Origin: Candidatus Aegiribacteria sp.
GTDB lineage: Bacteria; Fermentibacterota; Fermentibacteria; Fermentibacterales; JCC-6
Direction: 5' to 3'
Length of the DNA: 16,827 nucleotides
NCBI GenBank assembly: GCA_046498225.1
Contig: JAWOBF010000136.1
Coordinates: 1-16,827 of the forward strand
Shown here one piece after another: positions 8,283-16,143 of the stretch. The position numbers and the translations under genes were made by a program. A model generated the notes under the pieces. The model ran no database searches. It had not been told where the DNA came from and saw only the letters and a program-made list of their open reading frames with translations. Position 1 is the first letter of the stretch. The number at the start of each line of letters is the position of its first letter.

Positions 8283-8286
8283 CGAA

Positions 8287-8327
8287 AAATGTCCCATTTT
8301 GAGGCCCGGCACGGAAATGGGACATTT
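8287..8327. terminator. 13-bp perfect inverted repeat between convergent genes, possible bidirectional terminator
   Basis: AAATGTCCCATTT (8287-8299) and AAATGGGACATTT (8315-8327) with a 15-nt loop, filling most of the gap between two stop codons. Confidence 0.5.
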
Positions 8328-8331
8328 CATG

Positions 8332-8619
8332 TCAGGCCGATGCCCTTATCCCCTGCACCAGCGTCCATACGCCTATGAGAATGAAACCGGCCCCGGCGAC
8401 GATGTTAAGCCCTCTCCTGCTTATTATCCTGGAGAGGGAACCGCCCACCAGCACCGCGACCAGGGTTGAACAGACGAGCGCCATGGAGGCGGCGATGAAG
8501 ACGTACACCCTGCTTATCTCCCTGTCCGCGGAAAACAGCATGGTTGCTATCTGGGTCTTGTCCCCCAGCTCGGCGATGAAGACCGCGGTGAAAACCGTCA
8601 GCAGTATCCTGAGATTCAA
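8332..8619 (-). CDS. UPF0016 / TMEM165 / GDT1 family membrane protein, single-domain form (putative Mn2+/Ca2+ transporter)
   Basis: Motif FIAELGDKTQIA and three hydrophobic segments. Start reassigned to TTG 8619, 7 nt after GGAGG (95 aa); the track start at 8754 overlaps comM. Confidence 0.9.
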   Translation of the reverse strand: MNLRILLTVFTAVFIAELGDKTQIATMLFSADREISRVYVFIAASMALVCSTLVAVLVGGSLSRIISRRGLNIVAGAGFILIGVWTLVQGIRASA

Positions 8620-8689
8620 GATGATTCCTCCCTGTGTGTTGTGCGGGACTTCTCCATTCTGACGCGGTGTCGAATATACGGGGAGGGGA

Positions 8690-10225
8690 TCAGAGATGCA
8701 GCTGGCCGGCCATGGAGCGGTACTGGACAGCTTCCGCGATATTTTCCGAGCCAATTCCCTCCCGTCCCTCCAGATCGGCTATTGTCCTGGACACCTTGAC
8801 AATACGATCGTAGGCCCTTGCCGAGAAACCGTAGAGATCCATGGCGGACCTCAGCAGTTTCTCTCCCTCTCCGTCAAGCCTGCAGAACTTCCTCACCAGG
8901 GATGTGGTCATTCCGCCATTGCTGTGGACGCCGGGCAGGCCGGCGAACCTCACGGCCTGCAGCTCCCTGGCCCGTACCACCCTCCTCCTCACCCCGGCGG
9001 AGCTGTCTCCGGTGGGGATGCTGCTGGACAGGTCGCGGTACTTCACCGGCGCAACATCCACATGGATGTCTATCCTGTCCATAAGGGGACCCGATATGCG
9101 GTTGAGGTACCTCTGTATCTGCGGGCCGGTGCAGTTGCAGGAATGGGAGGGGTCGGTGAAGTAACCGCAGGGGCAGGGGTTCATGGCCGCGGCAAGGGTG
9201 AAGTCCGCCGGAAATGTCATGGACATGGATGCCCTGGTGATGGTTACCTTCCCGTCCTCCAGCGGCTGCCTGAGGACTTCCAGCACATTCCTTCGGAATT
9301 CCGGCAGCTCATCGAGGAAGAGCACACCGTTATGGGCCAGACTGACCTCCCCCGGACCGGGAATGGCGCCTCCCCCGATGAGACCGGCGTCCGATACCGT
9401 ATGGTGGGGAGACCGGAACGGCCTGGTCCTGAGCAGCGCGCTGCCGGCCTCCAGAAGACCCGCGACACTGTGGATCTTGGTGGTCTCTATGGCCTCGTCG
9501 GTGAGCAGGGGCGGAAGTATGGAGGGCAGCCTGCGGGCCAGCATGGTCTTTCCGGAACCCGGAGGACCTGTCATCAGGATGTTATGGCCGCCGGCAGCCG
9601 CCACCTCTATGGCCCTCTTGGCGAACTCCTGGCCGCGCACATCGCTGAAATCGGGTTCGGCCCTCTCATGTCGCGACGGGGGGATATCCGGGGTGGTCAG
9701 GGGTTGTATGGTATTTTTATCTCTAATAAATTCTATAACACTGTGAAGACTGTTCACCGGGAAGACGTCCTGCCCTCCCGCCACCGCCGCCTCGCCGGAA
9801 TTCTCCACCGGCACCACCAGTCCGCGATGGTCGTGTCGCCTGGCCATGTCCGCCATGGAGAGCACTCCCCTGACCGGCCTCAGCGAGCCGTCCAGGGCGA
9901 GTTCGCCTATGAAGAAATACCCCCGAACGGCTTCACCGGGCAGGATGCCGGAGGCCGCCAGTATGCTGACGGCTATGGGAAGGTCGAACCCGGGGCCCTC
10001 CTTCTTCCTGCCCGCCGGGGCCATGTTGATGGTTATCCTCTTGCCGGGCAGCTTGAGGCCGAGGTTGGATATGGCCGAGCGTATGCGCTGGCGGGATTCC
10101 CGTACGGCGCTGTCCGGAAGGCCCACTATGGTGAAGGTGGGAAGGCCCATGGACATGTCGGCCTCTATCTCCACCGGGTACGAGTCTATTCCGTATACTG
10201 CAAGGCTCCGCGTGGTGGCCAGCAT
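8690..10225 (-). CDS. comM: YifB/ComM family Mg-chelatase-like AAA+ ATPase
   Basis: [123 protein letters not shown] 10225 follows AGGAG. Confidence 0.96.
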   Translation of the reverse strand: MLATTRSLAVYGIDSYPVEIEADMSMGLPTFTIVGLPDSAVRESRQRIRSAISNLGLKLPGKRITINMAPAGRKKEGPGFDLPIAVSILAASGILPGEAVRGYFFIGELALDGSLRPVRGVLSMADMARRHDHRGLVVPVENSGEAAVAGGQDVFPVNSLHSVIEFIRDKNTIQPLTTPDIPPSRHERAEPDFSDVRGQEFAKRAIEVAAAGGHNILMTGPPGSGKTMLARRLPSILPPLLTDEAIETTKIHSVAGLLEAGSALLRTRPFRSPHHTVSDAGLIGGGAIPGPGEVSLAHNGVLFLDELPEFRRNVLEVLRQPLEDGKVTITRASMSMTFPADFTLAAAMNPCPCGYFTDPSHSCNCTGPQIQRYLNRISGPLMDRIDIHVDVAPVKYRDLSSSIPTGDSSAGVRRRVVRARELQAVRFAGLPGVHSNGGMTTSLVRKFCRLDGEGEKLLRSAMDLYGFSARAYDRIVKVSRTIADLEGREGIGSENIAEAVQYRSMAGQLHL

Positions 10226-10251
10226 ATGCACTCTCCTTTCCCTCTACGAAG

Positions 10252-10280
10252 AGTGTATTCGCCGGCCGGCAGCATTTCAA
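10252..10280 (-). promoter_or_regulatory. sigma70-type promoter upstream of comM
   Basis: Minus strand TTGAAA-N17-TACACT, close to consensus, 26 nt upstream of the ATG. Confidence 0.65.
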
Positions 10281-10299
10281 GGCCCGGGGTGACGGAGGT

Positions 10300-12792
10300 C
10301 TATTTCAGCAGCAGGAACCTGTCCGGGGGAGAACCCTCCCCGAAGTCTATCATGTAGACTCCGGACGGCAGAGGAGAACAGTCGATGCTGGCTGTACATC
10401 CGGGCTGAAGACTAATTCGGGAGCTGAGCACGGCTCTTCCGGCCAGGTCGTAGATGACCGCTTCGGAACTGAACCCGTCCCCGCCGTCCTCCAGCGAGAC
10501 CCGCAGGCTGCCCCGGACGGGGTTCACCGCCACCCCGGGATGGACCTGCCCGCCGCCCTGTTCCTGTTCCCCGGTTCCCAGTTCGGCCAGATCATGAACG
10601 AATATCTCCCATCCGGACCCTTCATTTCCGGCCCAGAGAATCTCATGGCTGGTGGAGACGGGGGACCATGCCGGTCCGCCGAAAGGAACAAGGGTGAAGG
10701 GGTCGGAACCGCCCTGCGGAAGGGCCATGACAGCTGCGGAGGCTCCGGAGCCCTCCTGCCAGACAAGGCCGCTCCCCATCGGTTCCGGAAGGCTGCCGAG
10801 ATAGACGCCGGAAATTTTCTCCACCGTGGAATGGACGGTTTCCTCCGAGCCCCAGCCGGAACCCTCCCAGGTTCTCATTCTCACCGTGGACACACCGCCC
10901 TCGTCGATCCAGGTCAGACACGTTCCCATGTCCGTCCACCGGGTGTCCAGGCTGGGGGAGTGGCAGAGCTGTCCCGAGGAGACCTCCACCGGAGTGGAAA
11001 AACCCAGGCTGTCGCCGCTGCACCACATTATCCTGCTGCCGTCGGGAGCCCGCTCCTCCCAGGCCAGGTGGACCGTTCCCGTTCCGTCGGCGACAATGCG
11101 GGGATTCTGGGCCCACAGGTCGGGGGCGCTTGCCGCGGACGCGGGGAACACACCGTCTATGCCCTTTACCATCACTGTGCCTCCCCGGGCCCCCCAGTCC
11201 AGCCATGCCAGCCAGAGCTGATCTCCGGTGGAAGCCAGCACCGGGTCTATCTGGTAGCCGTCCTGCTCCACCTGCACAGTAACCTGGGAAAGTCCCGGGC
11301 CGCAGGCTGTCTTTATCCGGTAGCTGTAGGTAGCGTACTCGAAATCGCTCCAGGCCACCCATGGAGAGGTATCGTGGTAGCAGGCGGAAACTCCCGCGTC
11401 CCAGTACTCGTCCGGGTCCACATAGATGACGGGTCCCCATCCGGAGCCCTCCTCGTACAGCCTGGCGGCCACGTCCAGCCGTCCGTTCTCCCCGGTAAGC
11501 CAGGCGGCCACCGCCCGGCGGGGAGTGGTGGGGCTGGACGAAACGGCGGGATAGCAGTCGGAGAAATCGCTGGTGGAGAGCCGGGTGTATTCCGGGCCCG
11601 GCCGGGGGCCGGTCATGCCCGCTCCCGCCGGCACGCCGCCGGCCAGGGGTTTCAGGGTGGGGTCGCCCAGCAGGGCGTTGCCGTAGAACCAGGCTACCTG
11701 ATAGGAGGAGAAGCCTCCCTGGGCCTGGTACTCCCACCATTCCCTGAAGGCCTCGCCGAAGGTGAGACCCGCGCCCAGCGGACCGTAGTACTGCTCGAAG
11801 TCCAGCATGGAGCCGGTCTTGGCCGCTCCCGTCACCAGAAGGCCGTAGTCCGTTCCGTAAAGGTACCAGTTCCCCAGGCATCCCTCCTCCACCCACCTGG
11901 CGTTGGAGCAGCTGAACAGCTGAAAAAAAGCCGTGCGGGGGTTCACCTGTGATATCTCCGGCGCCATCACCGTTCCGGCCATTCCCCCCGGAACCTTGAA
12001 GGTATGGCCCCAGGGGCAGGAGTGGGACATGAGATGGACGAACTCGTACCCCTCTCCCAGATGGTAGAGGTAGTTCTCCGCGGTGGTCTGGGAGGATGAG
12101 TTGACCACCGTCACGCCGGAGGAACCGTATATGTCGTTCAGTCCGGAGCTGCCGTAGCCGCTCCAGTCGTCGTCGTTGTAGGCCAGGGCCCGGGGGTTCA
12201 GCCCCAGGGAGCCGGTCCTGTAGTTGTGGTTCTTCTCGAAGTACTCCGCCAGCAGCGGCAGCTCCGGGCCGCTGGCGGTATGGGCATCTATCCTTCCCAC
12301 CCATATCTCCGGCGCCACGTCTCCCGTATGATCGTCGTACAGGCCGTCCATGTCCGAGTCTATCCAGGTGCCGTCCAGGTCCATGAAGAAGAGTTCGCAG
12401 GGGAATTCCTCGGCACCCCAGAGGTCGTCCTCGTACCAGGCGCAGGGAAGGAAGCCGACGAACACGGCGCCGTCCAGGTCCGGCGTGCTCTGCAGAAGCG
12501 TTCTCAGGTCCTGGGCGGTCCCGCCGCTCATGCTCTGCATCTCCACGGTCCAGCCTTCCGCGGCGATATCGCTCTGGAACAGGGCCAGCTGGGGAGACAG
12601 AGGGCCGGTCAGGTAATCGGCCACCACTATCAGCACGGTTCCGCCCCTGTTGCCGCCCAGGGTCCGCACGGGCTGGAAGGACGCCGGCCGATGTTCCAGC
12701 GGCGACCTCGCCGTCTCCCGCATCCGGGCCCCCGCCGGGCCTGTGGGCACTGTGGAAATGGAAAGCAGTACGGCTGCCAGTAGCTGTATCAT
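10300..12792 (-). CDS. Secreted multidomain protein: C25-like peptidase domain, beta-propeller repeats and T9SS-type C-terminal sorting domain
   Basis: Signal peptide MIQLLAAVLLSIS. C25-like motifs VLIVV, GAVFVG, FMDLDG, PEIWVGRI, MSHS (His257), FSCS (Cys295), TFGEAF, NALLGDPTLKP. About seven P-x(n)-[VLA]W repeats. C-terminus NPV...IYDLAGRAV...LPSGVYMI...RFLLLK. Confidence 0.85.
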   Translation of the reverse strand: MIQLLAAVLLSISTVPTGPAGARMRETARSPLEHRPASFQPVRTLGGNRGGTVLIVVADYLTGPLSPQLALFQSDIAAEGWTVEMQSMSGGTAQDLRTLLQSTPDLDGAVFVGFLPCAWYEDDLWGAEEFPCELFFMDLDGTWIDSDMDGLYDDHTGDVAPEIWVGRIDAHTASGPELPLLAEYFEKNHNYRTGSLGLNPRALAYNDDDWSGYGSSGLNDIYGSSGVTVVNSSSQTTAENYLYHLGEGYEFVHLMSHSCPWGHTFKVPGGMAGTVMAPEISQVNPRTAFFQLFSCSNARWVEEGCLGNWYLYGTDYGLLVTGAAKTGSMLDFEQYYGPLGAGLTFGEAFREWWEYQAQGGFSSYQVAWFYGNALLGDPTLKPLAGGVPAGAGMTGPRPGPEYTRLSTSDFSDCYPAVSSSPTTPRRAVAAWLTGENGRLDVAARLYEEGSGWGPVIYVDPDEYWDAGVSACYHDTSPWVAWSDFEYATYSYRIKTACGPGLSQVTVQVEQDGYQIDPVLASTGDQLWLAWLDWGARGGTVMVKGIDGVFPASAASAPDLWAQNPRIVADGTGTVHLAWEERAPDGSRIMWCSGDSLGFSTPVEVSSGQLCHSPSLDTRWTDMGTCLTWIDEGGVSTVRMRTWEGSGWGSEETVHSTVEKISGVYLGSLPEPMGSGLVWQEGSGASAAVMALPQGGSDPFTLVPFGGPAWSPVSTSHEILWAGNEGSGWEIFVHDLAELGTGEQEQGGGQVHPGVAVNPVRGSLRVSLEDGGDGFSSEAVIYDLAGRAVLSSRISLQPGCTASIDCSPLPSGVYMIDFGEGSPPDRFLLLK

Positions 12793-12850
12793 CGGTCATC
12801 CCCTGTATTGTATGAGAGATAATCTGAATCGACGGCATGTTTCATGGCTG

Positions 12851-12880
12851 ACGATAGCACTCGAACGCGGCCGGCGTCAA
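12851..12880 (-). promoter_or_regulatory. sigma70-type promoter (extended -10) for the secreted peptidase gene
   Basis: Minus strand TTGACG-N18-TATCGT, with TGn immediately before the -10. Confidence 0.5.
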
Positions 12881-12900
12881 TCAGGCTCGCCGCCGGGGCT

Positions 12901-13260
12901 CTACATGATATCGGGACGGAAGGCGTCTTCCAGGTAGGTTTCCATTCTGAACTCATCCGGAGTGCCCCCTACGATGGCCACATCGAAGCGGAGCTCACCC
13001 GCCGGAGGATTCTCGGCCAGGTACATAGAGGCGGCGTGAATTATCCTCGACTGCTTTTCCCCGTCTATCTTCTCCAGCGCCACCGTGCGGGAGCCGTCGG
13101 AGGCGAACTTGACCTCGACGAAGGCGGTCAGGTCACTCAGAACGGCTACTATGTCGATCTCCGACCTGCGGGTCCTGAAGTTCCTGGCCACTATCCTCCA
13201 TCCCCTGTCCTCCAGCCACCGGCAGACGAAGGATTCGGCCTTCCCGGAAAGCTCACTCAA
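12901..13260 (-). CDS. yraN: YraN family (UPF0102) PD-(D/E)XK nuclease
   Basis: GKAE...WLEDRGWRIVARNFR..SEIDIV...FVEVK...RFDVAIV...LEDAF; TTG start overlapping the rnhB stop. Confidence 0.93.
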   Translation of the reverse strand: MSELSGKAESFVCRWLEDRGWRIVARNFRTRRSEIDIVAVLSDLTAFVEVKFASDGSRTVALEKIDGEKQSRIIHAASMYLAENPPAGELRFDVAIVGGTPDEFRMETYLEDAFRPDIM

Positions 13261-13882
13261 AGGGAAGCCTCAGCTGCCCGTCCCTTCTGAGAGGTGAGAA
13301 GGAACGCCTGTGAATGGCGCAGGGACCCAGTCTCGCCAGTGCTTCCATGTGTTCCCTGGTACCGTAGCCCATGTTGGTTCGAAAACCGTAACCCGGATAG
13401 ATGGAATCGGCTTCCATCATGATGCGGTCCCTGGTGACCTTGGCCACTATGCCCGCCGCGGCCACCGAAAGGCTTCTGGAATCCCCCCTGACCACGAATT
13501 CCGCCGGAATGCCCAGCCCCATCACCGGAAGGCCGTCAATAATGAACATGTCGGTGAGAGAAGCAAGGGAGGAAGACGCCCTGACGAAAGAAAGCCGAAC
13601 GGCCTCCGCCATTCCCATTCCGTCTATATCCTCCGGGTCCACGATGCCGGTGGCGAAGCAGAGGGCCCGGTCGGCTATTTTCAGGTACAGTTCCTCCCTT
13701 CTCTCCAGGGAGAGGGTCTTGCTGTCCCGCACACCGTCCAGGTCAAGATGGGGGGGGAAGGAGACTGCCGCGGCGACCAGGGGTCCCGCCAGCGGGCCTC
13801 TGCCGGCCTCGTCGATACCGGCTATGGCCGGGTATTCGACCCTGCGTTCCCGATCGAAGAGAAAGAGGGGCGAGGCCGCTAT
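13253..13882 (-). CDS. rnhB: Ribonuclease HII (start codon non-canonical/uncertain)
   Basis: The frame extends upstream of the track start (13732) through AGIDEAGRGPLAGPLVAAAV; then DSK, IIDG, RGDSRSLSVAAAGIVAKVTRD, YPGYGF..NMGYGT, IHRRSF. No ATG/GTG/TTG precedes the GIDE motif, so ATA 13882 is used provisionally. Confidence 0.93.
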   Translation of the reverse strand: MAASPLFLFDRERRVEYPAIAGIDEAGRGPLAGPLVAAAVSFPPHLDLDGVRDSKTLSLERREELYLKIADRALCFATGIVDPEDIDGMGMAEAVRLSFVRASSSLASLTDMFIIDGLPVMGLGIPAEFVVRGDSRSLSVAAAGIVAKVTRDRIMMEADSIYPGYGFRTNMGYGTREHMEALARLGPCAIHRRSFSPLRRDGQLRLPFE

Positions 13883-13883
13883 T

Positions 13884-14246
13884 TCAGTTCCCGGTGCCGT
13901 AGGTCTTCTTTTCCTTGACCCGCGCGGCTTTGCCCTTCTTGTCCCGCAGGTAGAAGAGCTTGGACCTGCGCACCTTGCCCGGTCTGATGACCTCTACGCT
14001 GTCTATCAGCGGAGTGTTCACCGGGAATACCCTCTCCACGCTGACACCGCTGGACATCTTCCTCACGGTGACCGTTTCGGATACTCCGCTTCCCCTGCGG
14101 GATATGACCATGCCCTGGAAGATCTGGGTCCTGACCTTGTCGCCCTCCCTAACCAGGAAATGGACCCTGATGGTGTCTCCGGGCCTGAAATCCGGTAGGT
14201 CATCCCGAATGTGGGCTGATTCAACGCTCCTGATGATGTCATCCAT
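13884..14246 (-). CDS. rplS: 50S ribosomal protein L19
   Basis: [54 protein letters not shown] 14246 after AAGGAG. Confidence 0.98.
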   Translation of the reverse strand: MDDIIRSVESAHIRDDLPDFRPGDTIRVHFLVREGDKVRTQIFQGMVISRRGSGVSETVTVRKMSSGVSVERVFPVNTPLIDSVEVIRPGKVRRSKLFYLRDKKGKAARVKEKKTYGTGN

Positions 14247-14991
14247 CGTTCTTCTCCTTCTGCCGGTCCGCACGCCTCAGCCTGCGGACGAATCTCTCCC
14301 TGATGATTTCCTCACTGTCCGTCCCCAGCAGGTCCGGACGGTTCCTTGACGTTATCTCCAGAGCCTTCTCGAATCTCCAGTCCTCAATCTCGGCGTGATT
14401 CCCCGAAAGCAGGACATCCGGGACACGCATATCTCTGTATTCGGCCGGCCTGGTATACCTGGGGTAATCAAGCAGCCCGGTGGCGAAACTGTCCGAACAA
14501 GCGGATTCCATCCTGCCGAGAACACCGGGTATCCATCTGATGACCGCTTCCAGCAGGAACATCGCCGGCACCTCTCCGCCGGAAACAACGGCGTCGCCCA
14601 CGGAGACCTCGTCGGTGACCGCTTTCTCCCGGAACCTGTTGTCCACCCCGCCGTACCTGCCGCAGAAAACCACCATGTCATCCCGGCCGGCAAGTTCCAT
14701 CGCCAGCTCCTGATCCAGCTTTCTGCCCTGAGGGGTCAGGTAGATTATCCGTGCCCCTCTCCGCCATGGCACCCTTTCCAGGGTCTCGAACAGGGGTTCG
14801 GGGCGCAGCAGCATGCCCGCGCCGCCGCCGAACTGGTAATCGTCCACCGAACCTCTGTCATCCACCGCTCTGTCCCTTATGTCCAGAACGGTGATGTCCA
14901 GCAGCCCATTCTCAACGGCTCTGCCGGCTACTCCATGCTCCATGAAAGGAACGAACAGGTCTGGGAACAGAGTAGCTACTGCAACCCGCAC
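14239..14991 (-). CDS. trmD: tRNA (guanine-N1)-methyltransferase
   Basis: [66 protein letters not shown]. Start GTG 14991 (GGAG 6 nt upstream) or TTG 15003. Confidence 0.97.
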   Translation of the reverse strand: MRVAVATLFPDLFVPFMEHGVAGRAVENGLLDITVLDIRDRAVDDRGSVDDYQFGGGAGMLLRPEPLFETLERVPWRRGARIIYLTPQGRKLDQELAMELAGRDDMVVFCGRYGGVDNRFREKAVTDEVSVGDAVVSGGEVPAMFLLEAVIRWIPGVLGRMESACSDSFATGLLDYPRYTRPAEYRDMRVPDVLLSGNHAEIEDWRFEKALEITSRNRPDLLGTDSEEIIRERFVRRLRRADRQKEKNDG

Positions 14992-15003
14992 GGCACGCTC
15001 CAA

Positions 15004-15534
15004 TCACAGGGGCAGATCCTCCAGACCCTCGGGAAGGTCCAGGTGGATTATCCCGTCATCCCAGTCCACGTCACCCTCGTTCATTACCATGGCCACCGGC
15101 ACGTGAAAGGTCTTTTCACCCATCTCCACCAGCAGAAGGGGGTTGGGTCCCGAGGGTTCCACGTCCGCAACCCTTGCCCCGCTTCCCCGGGATATGATGG
15201 TAAACCCGGAGAACATGTAGAGAGGAACGAATTCCAGTCTCTCATCCGCCTCTTCTGGAGTGATGTAGAGACCGGCGTTCCTGTAACCTTCCGCCTCTTC
15301 CCGGCTGCCGATCTCCCGAAAAGTGATGTTGAACATCGACTCACCCCTTTCGGTGCATCGGCTCACGGTAACTTCCGCTTCCCGGTCGATAACGAGCCTG
15401 GTGCCCACCGGCATTCCCGGGGTCCCGTAACCTCCGAAGAGCCTGACCCGAAGGCCGCCCTTCAGTCCGTGGGGCTTCTCGACCCGCCCGAGGTAGATCA
15501 TGTCCCCGGGTACATCTACGGCTGGATCAGTCAA
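15004..15534 (-). CDS. rimM: 16S rRNA processing protein RimM
   Basis: LGRVEKPHGLKGGLRV, SREEAEGYRNAGLYI, C-terminal PRC-barrel-like LPEGL; canonical position between khpA and trmD. Confidence 0.9.
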   Translation of the reverse strand: MTDPAVDVPGDMIYLGRVEKPHGLKGGLRVRLFGGYGTPGMPVGTRLVIDREAEVTVSRCTERGESMFNITFREIGSREEAEGYRNAGLYITPEEADERLEFVPLYMFSGFTIISRGSGARVADVEPSGPNPLLLVEMGEKTFHVPVAMVMNEGDVDWDDGIIHLDLPEGLEDLPL

Positions 15535-15757
15535 TGATCCTGACTGTGGCCTTCTGCTCCATGCGGGCGGCAGCGGATCTGATTATCAGCCGCATGGCCT
15601 TGGCTATCTTGCCCTCCCGGCCGATGACCCTTCCCAGATCGCTTTCGGCCACCCTCAGTTCGAAAACGGTCACATCCTCCTCGGTGGTCTCCTCAACGGA
15701 AACCGAATCGGGGTCTGCCACCAGGGTTTTTGCCATCAGTTCAACAAGCTCTTTCAT
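15527..15757 (-). CDS. khpA: KH domain RNA-binding protein (KhpA/YlqC)
   Basis: MKELVELMAKTLVADPDSV...DLGRVIGREGKIAKAMR; ATG 15757 after GGAGG. Confidence 0.95.
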   Translation of the reverse strand: MKELVELMAKTLVADPDSVSVEETTEEDVTVFELRVAESDLGRVIGREGKIAKAMRLIIRSAAARMEQKATVRIID

Positions 15758-15808
15758 GAGGACCCTCCAGTTTGACGTTGTTTCAGCCTGTGATCGCACC
15801 AGTTATTC

Positions 15809-16129
15809 TCAGGAAGTCCTGCTTTCTCCTTTGATGAACACGACCTCCGGCTCGACTTCTCCGTCTCCGGAAGAGAGCTGGTGCCACTTCTTCCAGGTTC
15901 CCGTCTTCTTGAGCAGGTTTTTCACTGTATCTGAAACCTGAGCCCCTTTGTCAAGCCAGTGAAACACCCTCTCCTCGTCGACCTTGATCTCCATGGGCTT
16001 GCGAAGGGGATCGTAATAGCCGAAGCTCTCGAGGAACCTGCCGGTGGCGGATTTCCTCCTGTCCGCGGCTACGATCCTGAAAGAGGGCTCTCCCTTGCTT
16101 CCCGTTCTCCTTAATCGAATGACTACCAA
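15809..16129 (-). CDS. rpsP: 30S ribosomal protein S16
   Basis: VIRLRRTG, FRIVAAD, GRFLESFGYYDP, WLDKGAQVSDTV; TTG start after GGAGGTG. Confidence 0.98.
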   Translation of the reverse strand: MVVIRLRRTGSKGEPSFRIVAADRRKSATGRFLESFGYYDPLRKPMEIKVDEERVFHWLDKGAQVSDTVKNLLKKTGTWKKWHQLSSGDGEVEPEVVFIKGESRTS

Positions 16130-16143
16130 GCTACACCTCCGTA

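Noticed and set aside
8283..8689. RiPP precursor peptide for the radical SAM enzyme, or a yybP-ykoY riboswitch before the UPF0016 gene
   Set aside because: No small ORF with an RBS in the gaps; the 70-bp leader is short and shows no motif I can support.
8696..10357. 553-aa plus-strand ORF
   Set aside because: Antisense shadow of comM; expected with high GC3 codon bias.
10540..12838. 731-aa minus-strand alternative-frame ORF and 470-aa plus-strand ORF
   Set aside because: Overlap the C25/propeller gene and are R/G/P-rich with no recognisable motif; explained by stop-codon scarcity at high GC.
11923..13757. Homopolymers A7 (11923-11929) and G8 (13750-13757) as phase-variation tracts
   Set aside because: Short, both frames are intact, and there is no evidence of slippage.
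14395..15537. 380-aa plus-strand ORF
   Set aside because: Antisense to trmD and rimM.
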